Shown: positions 29,260-40,699, counted from the first letter of the stretch. The stretch is 64,000 nt of DNA from an uncultured virus (IMG/VR IMGVR_UViG_3300023180_000044) (IMGVR_UViG_3300023180_000044), one strand, 5' to 3'. Program-made: numbers and translations. Notes: generated by a model from the letters alone, not told the origin.

Positions 29260-29501
29260 CACATATAGATTTTATTAGGTTTACCAGGAAACTCATCATC
29301 GTCTCCATAAGGCGGTTCCCCAATCCTAATCGGGTTTGTGGGTCGTTCTACCCTTTCAATAATAATATTTTTTTCTTTATCAGTCAAATCCACTTCTGCG
29401 ATTTTATTGATAAGGTCTCTAACTTGCATGGTGGTAAAACCATTGTCACCATTTCCTTGAAGGTATCCCTCAAACCAAATTACAAATTCTTTTGGTGTCA
29501 T
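29259..29501 (-). CDS. Hypothetical protein
   Basis: 80 aa, MTPKEFVIWFEGY start, ATGA-coupled. Confidence 0.65.
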   Translation of the reverse strand: MTPKEFVIWFEGYLQGNGDNGFTTMQVRDLINKIAEVDLTDKEKNIIIERVERPTNPIRIGEPPYGDDDEFPGKPNKIYM

Positions 29502-29713
29502 AATATGTCAAAATCATCATTTATATGTCCACATTGTTTACATGCGTAGGTTTCCATCGGCACCAATTGGTCATCAGGAGCACCGATAAGCAATTTACTA
29601 ATTTTTTTGATAACCGTCACCTTTTCGAAGAAAATATTTTTACATTCTTCGCATTCCACATTAGGTTGCTGACTTACATCAACCTGAATCTTTTTTCCGT
29701 TACTCATATCCAT
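29498..29713 (-). CDS. Zinc-ribbon protein
   Basis: CEEC...CKQCGH. Confidence 0.7.
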   Translation of the reverse strand: MDMSNGKKIQVDVSQQPNVECEECKNIFFEKVTVIKKISKLLIGAPDDQLVPMETYACKQCGHINDDFDIL

Positions 29714-29715
29714 AA

Positions 29716-30357
29716 TTAATCCGTATTTACTTGACAGAATGAAACAATGATATACCTCTGACCACTCAACACTGGTTTACCAGCATGACGGTGGGTAATC
29801 TGACCAGGGTGGATGGATATCTCACCTTTGGTACCTTTAAGACTTTCTTTTTGGTTTGAGAAATATGTTCCCCCACCTGTAAAGTCTTCAGTATTCAACG
29901 TCACCACCGCAGTGATTTGACTCATATCGTGGTGTAACGCCAAATGGTATTGTGCATAAGGTTGGTATCTTGCCAAGAAATTCTCGGCATACATATCCAA
30001 CCATTGAGGTTCCTCCAAACCGTAGAAATGAACAGCCATCGGCCAAACATACTCTCTCAACACCTCTCTATAGGTGTCGTGGAGACCCAATGTTTGAAGA
30101 ATCATATCCGTAGTCGGATAATGCTCATGACGGTCAATGGTCCAACAATTACACGACTCAGCCTCGTCAATAATATAATCACAAAACTCCTCAGTAAAAC
30201 AAGGAATAGTGTAAATATTATCCAACTCCTCAGTTGCATATAAGTCCCAATCCTTCTTCATAATCTCGGGACGTAAAAACTTTGCCTTCCACCCTTCTTT
30301 ATCATTGAAGTAGGTGTATAGCTCAGGGTGAACAGGATTTCTTTTAACTTGCTCCAT
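29716..30357 (-). CDS. 2OG-Fe(II) dioxygenase, PLOD lysyl-hydroxylase-domain-like
   Basis: PCFTEEFCD, RHEHYPTTD, NFLARY, LHHDMS (HxD), GGGTYF, HPGQITHRH, RYIIVSF. Confidence 0.88.
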   Translation of the reverse strand: MEQVKRNPVHPELYTYFNDKEGWKAKFLRPEIMKKDWDLYATEELDNIYTIPCFTEEFCDYIIDEAESCNCWTIDRHEHYPTTDMILQTLGLHDTYREVLREYVWPMAVHFYGLEEPQWLDMYAENFLARYQPYAQYHLALHHDMSQITAVVTLNTEDFTGGGTYFSNQKESLKGTKGEISIHPGQITHRHAGKPVLSGQRYIIVSFCQVNTD

Positions 30358-30496
30358 TTTCTTCTCCGCTTTCTCTCGCTAGTTTAAGACCAAAACCGAC
30401 CAACATGCCCCCAATAAAGGAAGACCAAATCCATGGATATCCATACATCCATAAACCTAATATCGCTATCGTTATTGCATGTCCGTATTTTGTCAT
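30344..30496 (-). CDS. Small membrane protein (50 aa)
   Basis: Hand-translated MTKYGHAITIAILGLWMYGYPWIWSSFIGGMLVGFGLKLARESGEENGAS; fills the gap between the two oxygenases. Confidence 0.55.
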   Translation of the reverse strand: MTKYGHAITIAILGLWMYGYPWIWSSFIGGMLVGFGLKLARESGEENGAS

Positions 30497-30507
30497 TCTT
30501 ATTTTCA

Positions 30508-31101
30508 TTATAAACAATAATTCACCAATGCGGTTCTTACACCTTCTTTGATAAGACGAATACCGTATTTGTGAGTTACTCTACCAGGGTAGATATACAT
30601 ATGACCCTGTTTTGGTTCAAAGACCGTTTTATATTTTGGGAACACCAACTCACCACCGACACTATCAGAATCCAGTTTCATATATGTGGTAAACATCACA
30701 AAGTCGTGGTGTATCCTTACATCTTGATTGTGTCTCATCTTAAAGATGATACTCTTAATATCCATCTTATCCCATTTGTTACCATACGACTGCCATTTGT
30801 GGTGAGTAATCTCATCCAAATATTCATTTAATAACTGACGGAACACTTCATTGAAACCGATGTCATTAAGATAAAACGCATCCAAAGATGTTCCCCATTG
30901 GTCCATCTTATCCGTCTTTTGGTCTTTGGTATTCTCCACCAACTTATCACAAAACTCCTCAGTGAAGAAAGGAATCTCCATTACATCTTTACCAATCTCA
31001 TTTAACATAAGGTCCCACTCTTTGGATTGCAACTCTTTTCTTAGATACTTGCGTTTCCACTCATCCATGTTTGAGAAATCAAATATTTCAGGATATTTCA
31101 T
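30508..31101 (-). CDS. Second, diverged PLOD-like 2OG-Fe(II) dioxygenase
   Basis: PFFTEEFCD, IHHDF, GGELVF, YPGRVTHKY, R-x-A in place of R-x-x-x-x-S. Confidence 0.8.
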   Translation of the reverse strand: MKYPEIFDFSNMDEWKRKYLRKELQSKEWDLMLNEIGKDVMEIPFFTEEFCDKLVENTKDQKTDKMDQWGTSLDAFYLNDIGFNEVFRQLLNEYLDEITHHKWQSYGNKWDKMDIKSIIFKMRHNQDVRIHHDFVMFTTYMKLDSDSVGGELVFPKYKTVFEPKQGHMYIYPGRVTHKYGIRLIKEGVRTALVNYCL

Positions 31102-31147
31102 ATAAACATAATTTTACAACATAATAGTAATACCAACCCTACGAATG

Positions 31148-32002
31148 TCAACGCAAATATTCAGTCATATCCATTTCCATCACTCGGTCGATTACCGACT
31201 TTGGAACCCTGAATTCTTCAAAGTCTGAATTGTCTTTCACCAACACAACAACACAACCCAAAAGTTTTAGGTCTTCATACTTAGTTCCCTCCAACATCTT
31301 CAACAATAACTTCGCATAGAAGGGTAGTTGAAGGTAATAGTGACCCAACGCATTGTCAGGAATATCTTTGAAGGGGTGTTTCATCGGAACTGTCCAATTG
31401 TTGGTTTCAAAGTTTTTGGGTTTGTTGGTTTTCCAATCCGTAATCACCAATCCAAAACCTGTCTTTTCCTTATTCAATATCAACCAACACTTATCAGGTT
31501 GACCTGTGTATCCCAACTCAGGGTGACCCAATACCATCTCCGTATCCAATAAGACCGCACCCCTTTCTTCCATAATCTTCAAAAACTTCTCGCCAGCTTT
31601 AATCATGGAGTTGGACTTAATCTCTTGAGCCATGTCCACCTCAAAGATGGGTTCACGGACATCTTTATAACCCCCATTGTCGTCAATGAGTTTTTTCTCC
31701 AATATGTAGTGAACACGAGACCCCATGTTGGTGGCGTATGAGCCAGCTGCGGACCATTCGTCCAATAGACGTTGCATCTCCACTCGGTCACCTTTGGCTT
31801 TCTTATACGCAATCTCCTCAGCAGGAAATGGTTCGTAAAATAACTTTAATAACTTTGATACCGAAGGCCAGTTGGAACGGGTCTCACCCGTGTCGTCCTT
31901 CATAAAATAAGTGTGAGTCTCCTCAATGAAACTCAAATTTAATTCTTTCTTTTTCTCCTCAACAACGTCTCTTATCTCTTGAGCAACATTCTTTAAATCC
32001 AT
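31148..32002 (-). CDS. PD-(D/E)xK exonuclease (Cas4/lambda-exo-like)
   Basis: PSVS, GSRVH, GQPDK, ITDWKT, YYLQLPFY. Confidence 0.8.
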   Translation of the reverse strand: MDLKNVAQEIRDVVEEKKKELNLSFIEETHTYFMKDDTGETRSNWPSVSKLLKLFYEPFPAEEIAYKKAKGDRVEMQRLLDEWSAAGSYATNMGSRVHYILEKKLIDDNGGYKDVREPIFEVDMAQEIKSNSMIKAGEKFLKIMEERGAVLLDTEMVLGHPELGYTGQPDKCWLILNKEKTGFGLVITDWKTNKPKNFETNNWTVPMKHPFKDIPDNALGHYYLQLPFYAKLLLKMLEGTKYEDLKLLGCVVVLVKDNSDFEEFRVPKSVIDRVMEMDMTEYLR

Positions 32003-32003
32003 A

Positions 32004-32930
32004 CTATTTCTCTAATACTACATAACTCTCTTCAGGTATTTGACCTCTCAAATCACCCAAATCTTTATCATCTGGTAACCTTACAATATCTATACGACCT
32101 TTTAGTTTACCACCACTTAACTTAAAATATATCTTCTTCGCATCTTCCCATGCATCACCATCCAAACAAATGATGATACGTCCTTTCGCCTTATCATACA
32201 ACGTCTCCCATAACATATCAGATAAGAACTTACCCAATAATGGAATGGAGTTTGGAACAAAGAACCCGTCAAAGACCCCCTCAACCAAATAAATGTCCTC
32301 ATCCCAATTGATACGACTCTCGTTAAAGATAAGCAATTCTTTTGGAGCAACAGGGTTTTTATATTTAAACTTTGAATACTTATCCCAACTACGACTGACA
32401 AAGTAATTTAAGAACCCTTCATGGTCATAGGAAGGAACAATGATACGACCCGCATATTCACCACTCAACGCAAAACCGATGTCGTATTTTTCAATCATCT
32501 CATCAGTAATCCCCCTTCTTTTAAGGTAGTTATACGCTTGAGCTCTCGGTGGATACTTTGGATTAACATCCTCAAACTTTTGGTATTCTTTGGGAAGTCG
32601 AAGGACCTCATACTCCTTTTGTTTTCTCTCAAAATCATCAGGACGGACCAACGTGTAAAACTGTTTGTCCTTCTTATTCCCATATTGGTCGATAAGACGA
32701 CCCAAGTGACCGTGAGTTCCATGTGTCTCAGCACAGGCCCAACATTTATAAACATGTTGATTGTAGTTGATTTCAAGGTTCCCTTTACCGTCACCTTCAT
32801 CCAACCCTTTGATGTCGTGAGAACACACAGGACAGTCAAAAGAGATTTGCCCCGTAACATCATTGTGTTTACGGGGTTCACCCAATAGTCCTTCCAATAA
32901 ATCGATTACTAATGATTCGTCTCTCTCCAT
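32004..32930 (-). CDS. DNA primase (Zn finger + Toprim)
   Basis: CPVC...CWAC, YLKRRGI, RIIVP, KYKNP, LVEGVFD, LDGD, KDLGD. Confidence 0.9.
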   Translation of the reverse strand: MERDESLVIDLLEGLLGEPRKHNDVTGQISFDCPVCSHDIKGLDEGDGKGNLEINYNQHVYKCWACAETHGTHGHLGRLIDQYGNKKDKQFYTLVRPDDFERKQKEYEVLRLPKEYQKFEDVNPKYPPRAQAYNYLKRRGITDEMIEKYDIGFALSGEYAGRIIVPSYDHEGFLNYFVSRSWDKYSKFKYKNPVAPKELLIFNESRINWDEDIYLVEGVFDGFFVPNSIPLLGKFLSDMLWETLYDKAKGRIIICLDGDAWEDAKKIYFKLSGGKLKGRIDIVRLPDDKDLGDLRGQIPEESYVVLEK

Positions 32931-32966
32931 AGGTCAATAATAGAAAATTATTGGAGAGTTGTCAAA

Positions 32967-33566
32967 TTACCACAAACCCTGTTGTCTCATATAACCCTGA
33001 ACACAAGTATACGCATCCGCTTGGTCGAAACATTCTTTCTTTAATGTATTGTTTCTGGTATATAACCACGTGATTTGAGGTTCGGCCTCTGAGACCTTTT
33101 TCCAAATAAGTTCTTTCTTATCAATCGTCTTTGGAAGACCACCAAATAATACTCTCTTACCCTTACCGTTGTCCTGAACCAAATCAGGCCATGCAAACTT
33201 TCTTGAATTGTATGTTGAAATGTAATTTGGAATAACCCCCAAAATATCATAAATAGACTTACTAATCATTGAGTTATACCTCAACAATGTTCCGACAGTC
33301 CATACATTATTTGAATTCAATAATGGTTCTTCAATAATGACTTTGGTAATACCCAAGTCTTTGTATCCTTGCAATTTTTCTTCAAAGGCATCCACCTTCT
33401 TTAATAACTCCTCAATTTTGTCTTCAGGTTTTGGTTTAATGACAGGTGAGAAATGAGTCAATTCCAATAGTTTTTGCGTTTGAATATCAAACAATGACCA
33501 CCCAATAGTTTTGGTAGAAATATCCAACCCCAATACCTTTGGGGCATTTTTTAAATCTTTTGACAT
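32967..33566 (-). CDS. RuvC-like Holliday junction resolvase
   Basis: LGLDISTKTIGW, IIEEP, DQADA. Confidence 0.8.
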   Translation of the reverse strand: MSKDLKNAPKVLGLDISTKTIGWSLFDIQTQKLLELTHFSPVIKPKPEDKIEELLKKVDAFEEKLQGYKDLGITKVIIEEPLLNSNNVWTVGTLLRYNSMISKSIYDILGVIPNYISTYNSRKFAWPDLVQDNGKGKRVLFGGLPKTIDKKELIWKKVSEAEPQITWLYTRNNTLKKECFDQADAYTCVQGYMRQQGLW

Positions 33567-33575
33567 ATAAATGGA

Positions 33576-35777
33576 TTAAAAGTCTAATTTTATAGTATAT
33601 TGTTGAACCCCCTGTCTTAATTGCGGAGATTGAACTTTAGATATAATCATAAGGTCTTTGTTAGAATCGTAAAGACCAACTTCTGTCACATATGGAGCAT
33701 TACCCAACCACGTTGGATTTGAACTGTCCATAAATTGAACCTGACCTAAGTTGACCTGATAATTCATCACGTAGATTGTCGCTTGAATATCTGTCTTTAT
33801 ATTACCATAAAATAAGTATTCACCACCGAAGTTCAGTTGGGTATCCCCTGACTGTGGTAAATCAATGTAGTTTTCTAAGATGTAAGGTGAACCACCATCA
33901 TAACCCGCTTTGGTTATTTGTAATGTGGTCCCTGTCAACCCTGAAACAGTCATATAACCGTTTACTGTTGTGGCTGAGATTTGTTCAGTGATACCTGTAA
34001 CCTCCACCCATTGAGATGGACTAGGTAAAGTATCTCCCGTTGTTTTTTGTGCCAATATCACCAAATCATTCGCACTGAACCCTGAAGGAACACCTGTTGG
34101 ATTGTCATTTAAGAACGGGAACTCATTACCAAACTTAAATACAACATCCGCAGTATCAGGTGGACAGTCTGGGTCCGTTCCACAAATCTTACTGTAGTAG
34201 TTACAGTGTAGTGAGTTGGTAAAGTTATCGTTATTAAACCTGTAAGTTACCCATAGACATTCGTTAGAACCTGATAGAACACCTGTTAGACCCCCCACAT
34301 TATTATTAAATGTGTTTGGAGCCATAAGTGATAACTTAGGTGCTGGTAATGTCCAGTTTCTGTTAGATTTATAAGACAGGGCTGCCACCAATTCATCGTC
34401 ATCAATGGTAACTATCTTTAAATCAGGCCAAACTTTCCCTACTCGGTTTGGTAATCCATTAGAGTTTAGATTTGTATCCCACAAATGATAATACCTGATA
34501 CCTGGCTCATTCATATTATCATTTGGTGTTGACTCTATATAATTTGGTTGGAAAAGGTTTAAACTACTGAACCCTGGTGGGTCTACATAGAAAGTTTCAC
34601 CCATAGTGACTCCTGTTGATTTGTGCCACATCAACCACGGAATATCAACGTTGAATCGTCTAGCAGCCCCTGTCTGTGCGGATAAAGGAATTGAACTATC
34701 GAAATCTTCCATAGCGAATTTCTCACCATAGAAGTTGTCAAATGCGTTATTCGTATAGTGAATAACGGCAATGGCTTTTTGTTGTGAAGGTGGAACCATT
34801 ATTTGCTCACTGTAAGAGTTAAAGTAATATGTTCCATCAGTATCTAACTGACCTTCGTCTGAGTTGTAACCCAAATATTCTTTGGTACCTGTATACCCTG
34901 AAGATTTGAAGTATTGGTAACCGATGTCGTTTGCCGTGTAACCAGCAGGAGATTGAGTCCACGGAATATTCATATTCCAAACTTTTACGTCAGGACCTAA
35001 GTAACAATTTGTTTCAAAAGCCAACTCTTGAATCTGTAAGTAAGTAAGTGGAGACTCAGTGTCATATAACTCGGTCATCCCTGAAGGGAAGAAGTGAACT
35101 CGTGCATCACCAGCCAAACCTAAAGAAGAAAAATCAGGTAAGTCACGGTCTAATAGTAAGTTAATAGATGTTGTACCTGTCGTATCACCTGTGATACCTT
35201 CAATTTGATACATCATTACAGGGAAGTTACCTGTCCATGAACTACAATCACCAGTACCATCCATATAGATAGCAACAAAACCACCAACTGTAGTGTTTGC
35301 ACTATATGGTGTTGAACATGGGTTGTGATTTACTGTTAATGTTCTTCCTGAACTCATTAAACCGATATTTGCAATAAAGTTAGAAGACATTGTATAGGCT
35401 GAAGATGTAAATGCTGAGAACGAACCTGTTGAACCTGTGAAAAACCCTCTCGGAGCAGCAGTATTGAAGATATCATCAATCTGTGGATTTGCAAAAGGAA
35501 TACCCCACGTGCTTCCTGAAGTGGAATCCACAAACAATGGGTATTTTACATGCATCTTATTTTTTTGTGGAATAGGTGAACTATTCTGTGCGTTCTGTTG
35601 AGCTTGTAGGACGTGGAATGAACTTAAATTACCGTTTGGAATGCAATCATAACACACCTCACTATCACCCACTTGGAAATAAGAGATGTTGAACGACCCT
35701 TGCGAGATTGCTTGTCTCCCCGCATCGGTAAGTGTCGTGTTTAGTAACGCAGTTGTATCTTTTTTAATGTAACCCAT
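33576..35777 (-). CDS. Putative baseplate/tail-fibre attachment structural protein
   Basis: N-terminal LTDAGRQAI and C-terminal YVTEVGLYD...IKLDF, recalling tail-collar/fibre-attachment domains. Confidence 0.55.
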   Translation of the reverse strand: MGYIKKDTTALLNTTLTDAGRQAISQGSFNISYFQVGDSEVCYDCIPNGNLSSFHVLQAQQNAQNSSPIPQKNKMHVKYPLFVDSTSGSTWGIPFANPQIDDIFNTAAPRGFFTGSTGSFSAFTSSAYTMSSNFIANIGLMSSGRTLTVNHNPCSTPYSANTTVGGFVAIYMDGTGDCSSWTGNFPVMMYQIEGITGDTTGTTSINLLLDRDLPDFSSLGLAGDARVHFFPSGMTELYDTESPLTYLQIQELAFETNCYLGPDVKVWNMNIPWTQSPAGYTANDIGYQYFKSSGYTGTKEYLGYNSDEGQLDTDGTYYFNSYSEQIMVPPSQQKAIAVIHYTNNAFDNFYGEKFAMEDFDSSIPLSAQTGAARRFNVDIPWLMWHKSTGVTMGETFYVDPPGFSSLNLFQPNYIESTPNDNMNEPGIRYYHLWDTNLNSNGLPNRVGKVWPDLKIVTIDDDELVAALSYKSNRNWTLPAPKLSLMAPNTFNNNVGGLTGVLSGSNECLWVTYRFNNDNFTNSLHCNYYSKICGTDPDCPPDTADVVFKFGNEFPFLNDNPTGVPSGFSANDLVILAQKTTGDTLPSPSQWVEVTGITEQISATTVNGYMTVSGLTGTTLQITKAGYDGGSPYILENYIDLPQSGDTQLNFGGEYLFYGNIKTDIQATIYVMNYQVNLGQVQFMDSSNPTWLGNAPYVTEVGLYDSNKDLMIISKVQSPQLRQGVQQYTIKLDF

Positions 35778-35804
35778 ATTCTAATAAATATTCACCTCTT
35801 AATT

Positions 35805-37397
35805 TTAACTAATCTGATTTATACCAACAATTATATCTTCATTGATAATTTGATTTTCTTGTAACATAACACTACATGGAACACCTGATATTGATGGACT
35901 AACAATTGAAATAGTAGTCTGTGCTTGTCCAAATACCGGACACGAGGCATTTAATGGTGCTGGGACTGAAATACTGTTTTGGACATAACCATTCACAGTT
36001 GTATTACCATCAATCGTTAAATTCAATGATAATGTGTCCGTCTGTCCTGAGAATAAACCATTCGCATCACAAATAGAACCAGGACTACTATAGTAATTTG
36101 TATTTGTCGTTGTAGAATTGATTGTTCCTGAAGAACTAACACTAACCTGTGGTATACCCGCATAAGTGGCCACTTGAGATGGTCCGGATACAGTTGCAGT
36201 TTGTTGATAATAATTTCTCGAAATTAACAAATCAAAGGTTAATGACCCCCCTGAAGGCAATTGAGGACTAACATTTAATGTCCAATTAAGTGTCTGATTT
36301 TTACTATTCTGTGTTTGAGGACCGTTATTCGTTATATTATAAGTAAATGTAATCTGATAGGTCGTTGAATTATTACCAGTACCAACGGTAAAGTTTTGTG
36401 TTGATGATTGACTACCTGAATCACTAACAACTAATGTGTTATTACCACTATTCAACCCTGTAAATGTATATGACGTTGATGAAGTAGTTACAGGTGGTAA
36501 ATTATTTAATTCTAATGTAAATGGCACAATTCCACCATTCATAGTAACAGTCACCGTTCCATCTGCAGAATGTAAACATGATTCATCAGTTACCACATAT
36601 GACACATTTAATGGTTGTACTGGACAGTCTCCACTTGTTAATGTCCATGTATTACTTGTTCCAAGTTCTTCCCAAGAACCTAAAGGAATAAATACTTGAG
36701 ATGAATTAACAATTGATGTGTTACCCACACTCGGATAGTTAGATATCTCCCAACGGAAGTCGGTAATTAAATCATATGACATCACAATTGATGAATCCGT
36801 CGTTGCCGTCCATTGAGGGAATCCATTATAGTTACCGTCATAACTGAACTCCAATGTAGTATACGGTGATTGGTCCAATTGTAGACACATAGTCTGCGGT
36901 ATTGAAGGCATAGTTGGTGACGGTGTCGGTGTTGGAGTTTGAGTATGTGTTAGTGTTGGAGTATTACTATATGTTGGCGTTGGAGTTTGACTTACACCTG
37001 GCGTATTTGATACAGAAACAGTAACAGTAGGTGTTGGAGTGTGACTATATGTTGGTGTTGGCGTATTAGTTGCCATATTACTTGGTGTAATTGACGGTGT
37101 CGGTGTTGGAGAAGCAGGCATTCCACCCACCACACAGGCAGCAGTTTCAACATAATCACCATAATAATCAGTAACAGTCGCAAAATAAGTTCCAGGTGGT
37201 AAGTTATTTATTGTAAACACACCATTCATTCCGTTGGACCATTGAATAGTATATGGAGCGGTTCCACCTGTAACAAATACACTCATTGAACCATCACTTG
37301 CAGATGGCGACGATGCATTTTCAGTCACACATACAACACCCATTGGGTATATTGTGGTAATATCACAACTGTTAGTATATCCTGTCGTATTACTCAT
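35805..37397 (-). CDS. SprB-like repeat protein with Thr/Pro-rich linker (putative virion appendage)
   Basis: TGGTAPYTIQWSNG...GTYFATVTD and a TPTP tract. Confidence 0.7.
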   Translation of the reverse strand: MSNTTGYTNSCDITTIYPMGVVCVTENASSPSASDGSMSVFVTGGTAPYTIQWSNGMNGVFTINNLPPGTYFATVTDYYGDYVETAACVVGGMPASPTPTPSITPSNMATNTPTPTYSHTPTPTVTVSVSNTPGVSQTPTPTYSNTPTLTHTQTPTPTPSPTMPSIPQTMCLQLDQSPYTTLEFSYDGNYNGFPQWTATTDSSIVMSYDLITDFRWEISNYPSVGNTSIVNSSQVFIPLGSWEELGTSNTWTLTSGDCPVQPLNVSYVVTDESCLHSADGTVTVTMNGGIVPFTLELNNLPPVTTSSTSYTFTGLNSGNNTLVVSDSGSQSSTQNFTVGTGNNSTTYQITFTYNITNNGPQTQNSKNQTLNWTLNVSPQLPSGGSLTFDLLISRNYYQQTATVSGPSQVATYAGIPQVSVSSSGTINSTTTNTNYYSSPGSICDANGLFSGQTDTLSLNLTIDGNTTVNGYVQNSISVPAPLNASCPVFGQAQTTISIVSPSISGVPCSVMLQENQIINEDIIVGINQIS

Positions 37398-40300
37398 TAG
37401 TTACATGATGTGTTTAATGGTGTTACCACACCGTTTGATGATACGTTAGGATATGTCGATGAACATATCGTAACATCTGAATCTGGCATTACGGAACCAC
37501 TTTGTGCAATTCCATCACAGTCATAGTAGTTGAAGTCCACACTTGAACCATACCCAAACTGACTATAGTTAGAAATCTGATAATATAAACAAGTTATAGC
37601 GGGAGACGGTGTCGGTGTTGAAGCCGGTGTCGAAGTCGCTATTGGAGTTTGAGGTATAGTATTTCCACCACATGCGACACCTAAAGTAATGTTAACACCA
37701 AAATCCGCATGAGGTGCAGGTGATGAACATGCACATTTGTAAACCGTAGCGTTAGGTCCAATATTCTCAACTACAATACCTCCTGTTATACAATTTCTAT
37801 ACGTCCACTCCTTATATGTCGATGTAGTGTTCACCACCTGATATTCATTACAGGTACATATACTAACAATACCTCCAGATACTGATGGTGTAGGTGATGG
37901 TGACAGTGGTGGTGTTAAACATGTATTACAGTTATCATATATAGTAATTGAACTACCAAAGTAGTTGTAGTTGTAAGTAACTGGTTGGTATATAGACGGT
38001 GGTGTCCATGGCTGAGCAAATATTCCATATAATTTCCAACATACATTATTAAACATAAATGCGTTTGATGTAGTTGTTCCTGGAACAATAACAGGTTGAA
38101 TAATCATCTTATTATCACCATTACATTTCACATATGCATAAACATAAGTAATCTCACGTGAAGGACTCGGTGTAGGAGTCGAACCAACAGAGTTTGAAGG
38201 TGTTACGGTCAACGTAGGTGTCAATGTCGGAGTTTGAGTCATAGAAGGCGTCATCGTTGGTGTCACAGGAACCTCACAAGTGTTACAATCACTTTCAATA
38301 GAGTAAATCTGAGTGACATAGCTATTTGAAGAACCATCAACATCAGAATCATAGTATAAACATAATTTTCCTGAACCTTCAACACTCACAATATCAGCAA
38401 TAAATGTCATACCTGTTGTAATAGGTGTTCCATCATATTCTAAGTAATCTGAGACATAATAAGTGGTACCACCATCACAACCAACCAACTTCCTAACTGT
38501 ATTACAATCAAAGACCTCATCAAATAGTCTGAAAGTTACTGAGCCACCGATAGGTACATCAGGGGTAGGAGATGGTGTCGGTGTTGGAGTGTGGGACGCA
38601 GCTATCGATGGTGTCGGCGAATTGGATGCTGTAACCGTTGGAGTAACCGTTGGTGTTGGAGTTATTGACTCTGTTGGCGTATGTGTAGGTGTAGGTGTTA
38701 CAGATTCAGTTGGCGTTTGTGTCTGACTCACACCTGGTGTGTCCGATTGTGAAATAGTAACCGTAGGTGTGGGACTCAAAGTTGGTGTGATTGTTGGAGT
38801 TGCAGTAACAGACTGAGTAGGAGTAATAGACGGAGTCTGACTTACCGATTGTGTAACCGTTGGTGTATTTGTTGGTCCTGGCGTCTCAGTAGGTGTCAAT
38901 GTCGGAGTCACAGGTGGGGTTCCTCCTGGTGTTCTACTCGGAGTAATTGTCGGTGTAAAACTTGCACTTACCGTTGGCGTATTTGTCGGTGCCGCAGTAT
39001 CGGTTGGAGTATGTGTCGGTGTAATACTCGGTGTAGGCGTAAAACTTGCACTCACTGTTGGTGTGTGTGTCTGTGTTATACTCGGTGTAGGTGTAATACT
39101 TGCACTTACCGTTGGCGTATTTGTCGGTGCCGCAGTATCGGTTGGAGTATGTGTCGGTGTGATACTCGGTGTAGGTGTTGGTGTCTCACTCGAACCAGGC
39201 GTCGGCGTATTTGACATAGTTGGAGTCGGTGTTGGTGTATTTGTAAATGTCGGAGTATTTGTTGCCGTTGGTGAATATGTAGGTGTTGGTGTATTTGTAA
39301 ATGTCGGAGTATTTGTTGCCGTTGGTGAATATGTAGGTGTCGGACTACCCGTATTAGTCGGAGTATTTGTTGCCGTTGGTGAATATGTAGGTGTCGGACT
39401 ACCCGTATTAGTCGGAGTATTTGTAAATGTCGGAGTATTTGTTGCCGTTGGTGAATATGTAGGTGTTGGAGTATTTGTTGCCGTTGGTGAATATGTAGGT
39501 GTTGGTGTATTCGTTTTTGTTGGTGTATTTGTTGGTGTATATGAAGGTGTCGGTGTCGGAGTACCAGTATTTGACGCTGTTGGTGTAGGTGTTACCTCCT
39601 CACAAATACATGGTCCATTTGGAACAATAGAAACATTACCTCCTGTTCTATTAGCTGGAATACTACATGAACAAACCGTAACAATCTCATCAGGTGCTAA
39701 TGTTATTTGAATTATTGTATTTGCATGATTATTTCCAAAGAAACACTCCGTATATTCAATAGTTTGTTGTAAATCATCATTGTTAGTAATAGTATATGAA
39801 TTACAACTATCAGTAGGACAATCAGGGGTACATGTACCAACAGGTTCAAAAACTACTAATCCTCGACCACTAACGGTAATATCACTACCGTCACAAATAC
39901 AAACATACACCGTAGATTGAATAGGGATATTAATAGTAACAGTATTACCATAACAGTCATCAAAGGTTGCCGTTTCAACGTTGTCACTACTACTTACAAA
40001 CCTATATTCAGTACAACTGTAACAACAGGCTGAAGGTTGCGGTGCAGGAACAGAAGATGATGGAGTTACCGGTGGAGTATTTGAGGCTGTTACTGATGGT
40101 GTTGGAGTCGCAGTCGGACATGGATAAACATCAATACACTCTGAACAATTTCCTGAACCAGCACCTACAAACTTATTAACCAACGGCCCACCAGGTCCAC
40201 CTGTTGCAGTAAATTGGTAACACTGATTATTATATACAACGGTTTGTCCCGGACCTACACTATCAAAAGTTGTAAAATATGCAGTTGTCCCGTCACAACA

Positions 40301-40699
40301 GCTCGTAGTGATAAGGAATGTTGGTACAGGAGTACTCGTAGGAGATGGAATTGGTGTATATGTCTGTGTCGGTGTATTGGTTGGTGTTGGGTCTGGTATG
40401 GCATCCAAAACATCGGTACAAGGGTCTATCGGTGAAACTGCCAAATTACAGTTATTACAGTTCGTAAATGGACCTGTTAGTAGTGCATTTGTTTTAACAC
40501 TATACCCATAAGTACCTGGATTTGAACATGTCACCTGAACATTAACAACAGTAAAACATTGTTCTTTACCTGCAACTGAAATCCCATAAACCTCACCGAT
40601 AGTAGGATTAGGCCAAGATATATGTGTCGAATACATAATCGCCCTTACAGTTCCCCCACTGGTATCACAACATTCAAAAATTGCACACCCTATATTCAT
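37397..40699 (-). CDS. Cys-rich modular protein with ~350 aa mucin-like Thr/Pro/Ser tract
   Basis: Repeated Cys modules (YTEC/YRNC/YYDC...VC) flanking TPTP repeats. Confidence 0.75.
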   Translation of the reverse strand: MNIGCAIFECCDTSGGTVRAIMYSTHISWPNPTIGEVYGISVAGKEQCFTVVNVQVTCSNPGTYGYSVKTNALLTGPFTNCNNCNLAVSPIDPCTDVLDAIPDPTPTNTPTQTYTPIPSPTSTPVPTFLITTSCCDGTTAYFTTFDSVGPGQTVVYNNQCYQFTATGGPGGPLVNKFVGAGSGNCSECIDVYPCPTATPTPSVTASNTPPVTPSSSVPAPQPSACCYSCTEYRFVSSSDNVETATFDDCYGNTVTINIPIQSTVYVCICDGSDITVSGRGLVVFEPVGTCTPDCPTDSCNSYTITNNDDLQQTIEYTECFFGNNHANTIIQITLAPDEIVTVCSCSIPANRTGGNVSIVPNGPCICEEVTPTPTASNTGTPTPTPSYTPTNTPTKTNTPTPTYSPTATNTPTPTYSPTATNTPTFTNTPTNTGSPTPTYSPTATNTPTNTGSPTPTYSPTATNTPTFTNTPTPTYSPTATNTPTFTNTPTPTPTMSNTPTPGSSETPTPTPSITPTHTPTDTAAPTNTPTVSASITPTPSITQTHTPTVSASFTPTPSITPTHTPTDTAAPTNTPTVSASFTPTITPSRTPGGTPPVTPTLTPTETPGPTNTPTVTQSVSQTPSITPTQSVTATPTITPTLSPTPTVTISQSDTPGVSQTQTPTESVTPTPTHTPTESITPTPTVTPTVTASNSPTPSIAASHTPTPTPSPTPDVPIGGSVTFRLFDEVFDCNTVRKLVGCDGGTTYYVSDYLEYDGTPITTGMTFIADIVSVEGSGKLCLYYDSDVDGSSNSYVTQIYSIESDCNTCEVPVTPTMTPSMTQTPTLTPTLTVTPSNSVGSTPTPSPSREITYVYAYVKCNGDNKMIIQPVIVPGTTTSNAFMFNNVCWKLYGIFAQPWTPPSIYQPVTYNYNYFGSSITIYDNCNTCLTPPLSPSPTPSVSGGIVSICTCNEYQVVNTTSTYKEWTYRNCITGGIVVENIGPNATVYKCACSSPAPHADFGVNITLGVACGGNTIPQTPIATSTPASTPTPSPAITCLYYQISNYSQFGYGSSVDFNYYDCDGIAQSGSVMPDSDVTICSSTYPNVSSNGVVTPLNTSCN
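39252..39502. repeat. Coding repeat: five exact copies of a 35-bp core
   Basis: ggagtatttgttgccgttggtgaatatgtaggtgt at 39252, 39306, 39360, 39432 and 39468; encodes [12 protein letters not shown]. Confidence 0.85.

Noticed and set aside
31148..32002. Cas4 as part of a CRISPR system
   Set aside because: No Fe-S cysteine cluster and no other cas genes; it sits with primase and resolvase as a typical phage exonuclease.
39252..39502. CRISPR-like array of 35-bp repeats
   Set aside because: The intervals are short, repetitive and frame-preserving, and lie within a coding TP tract; there are no unique spacers or cas operon.
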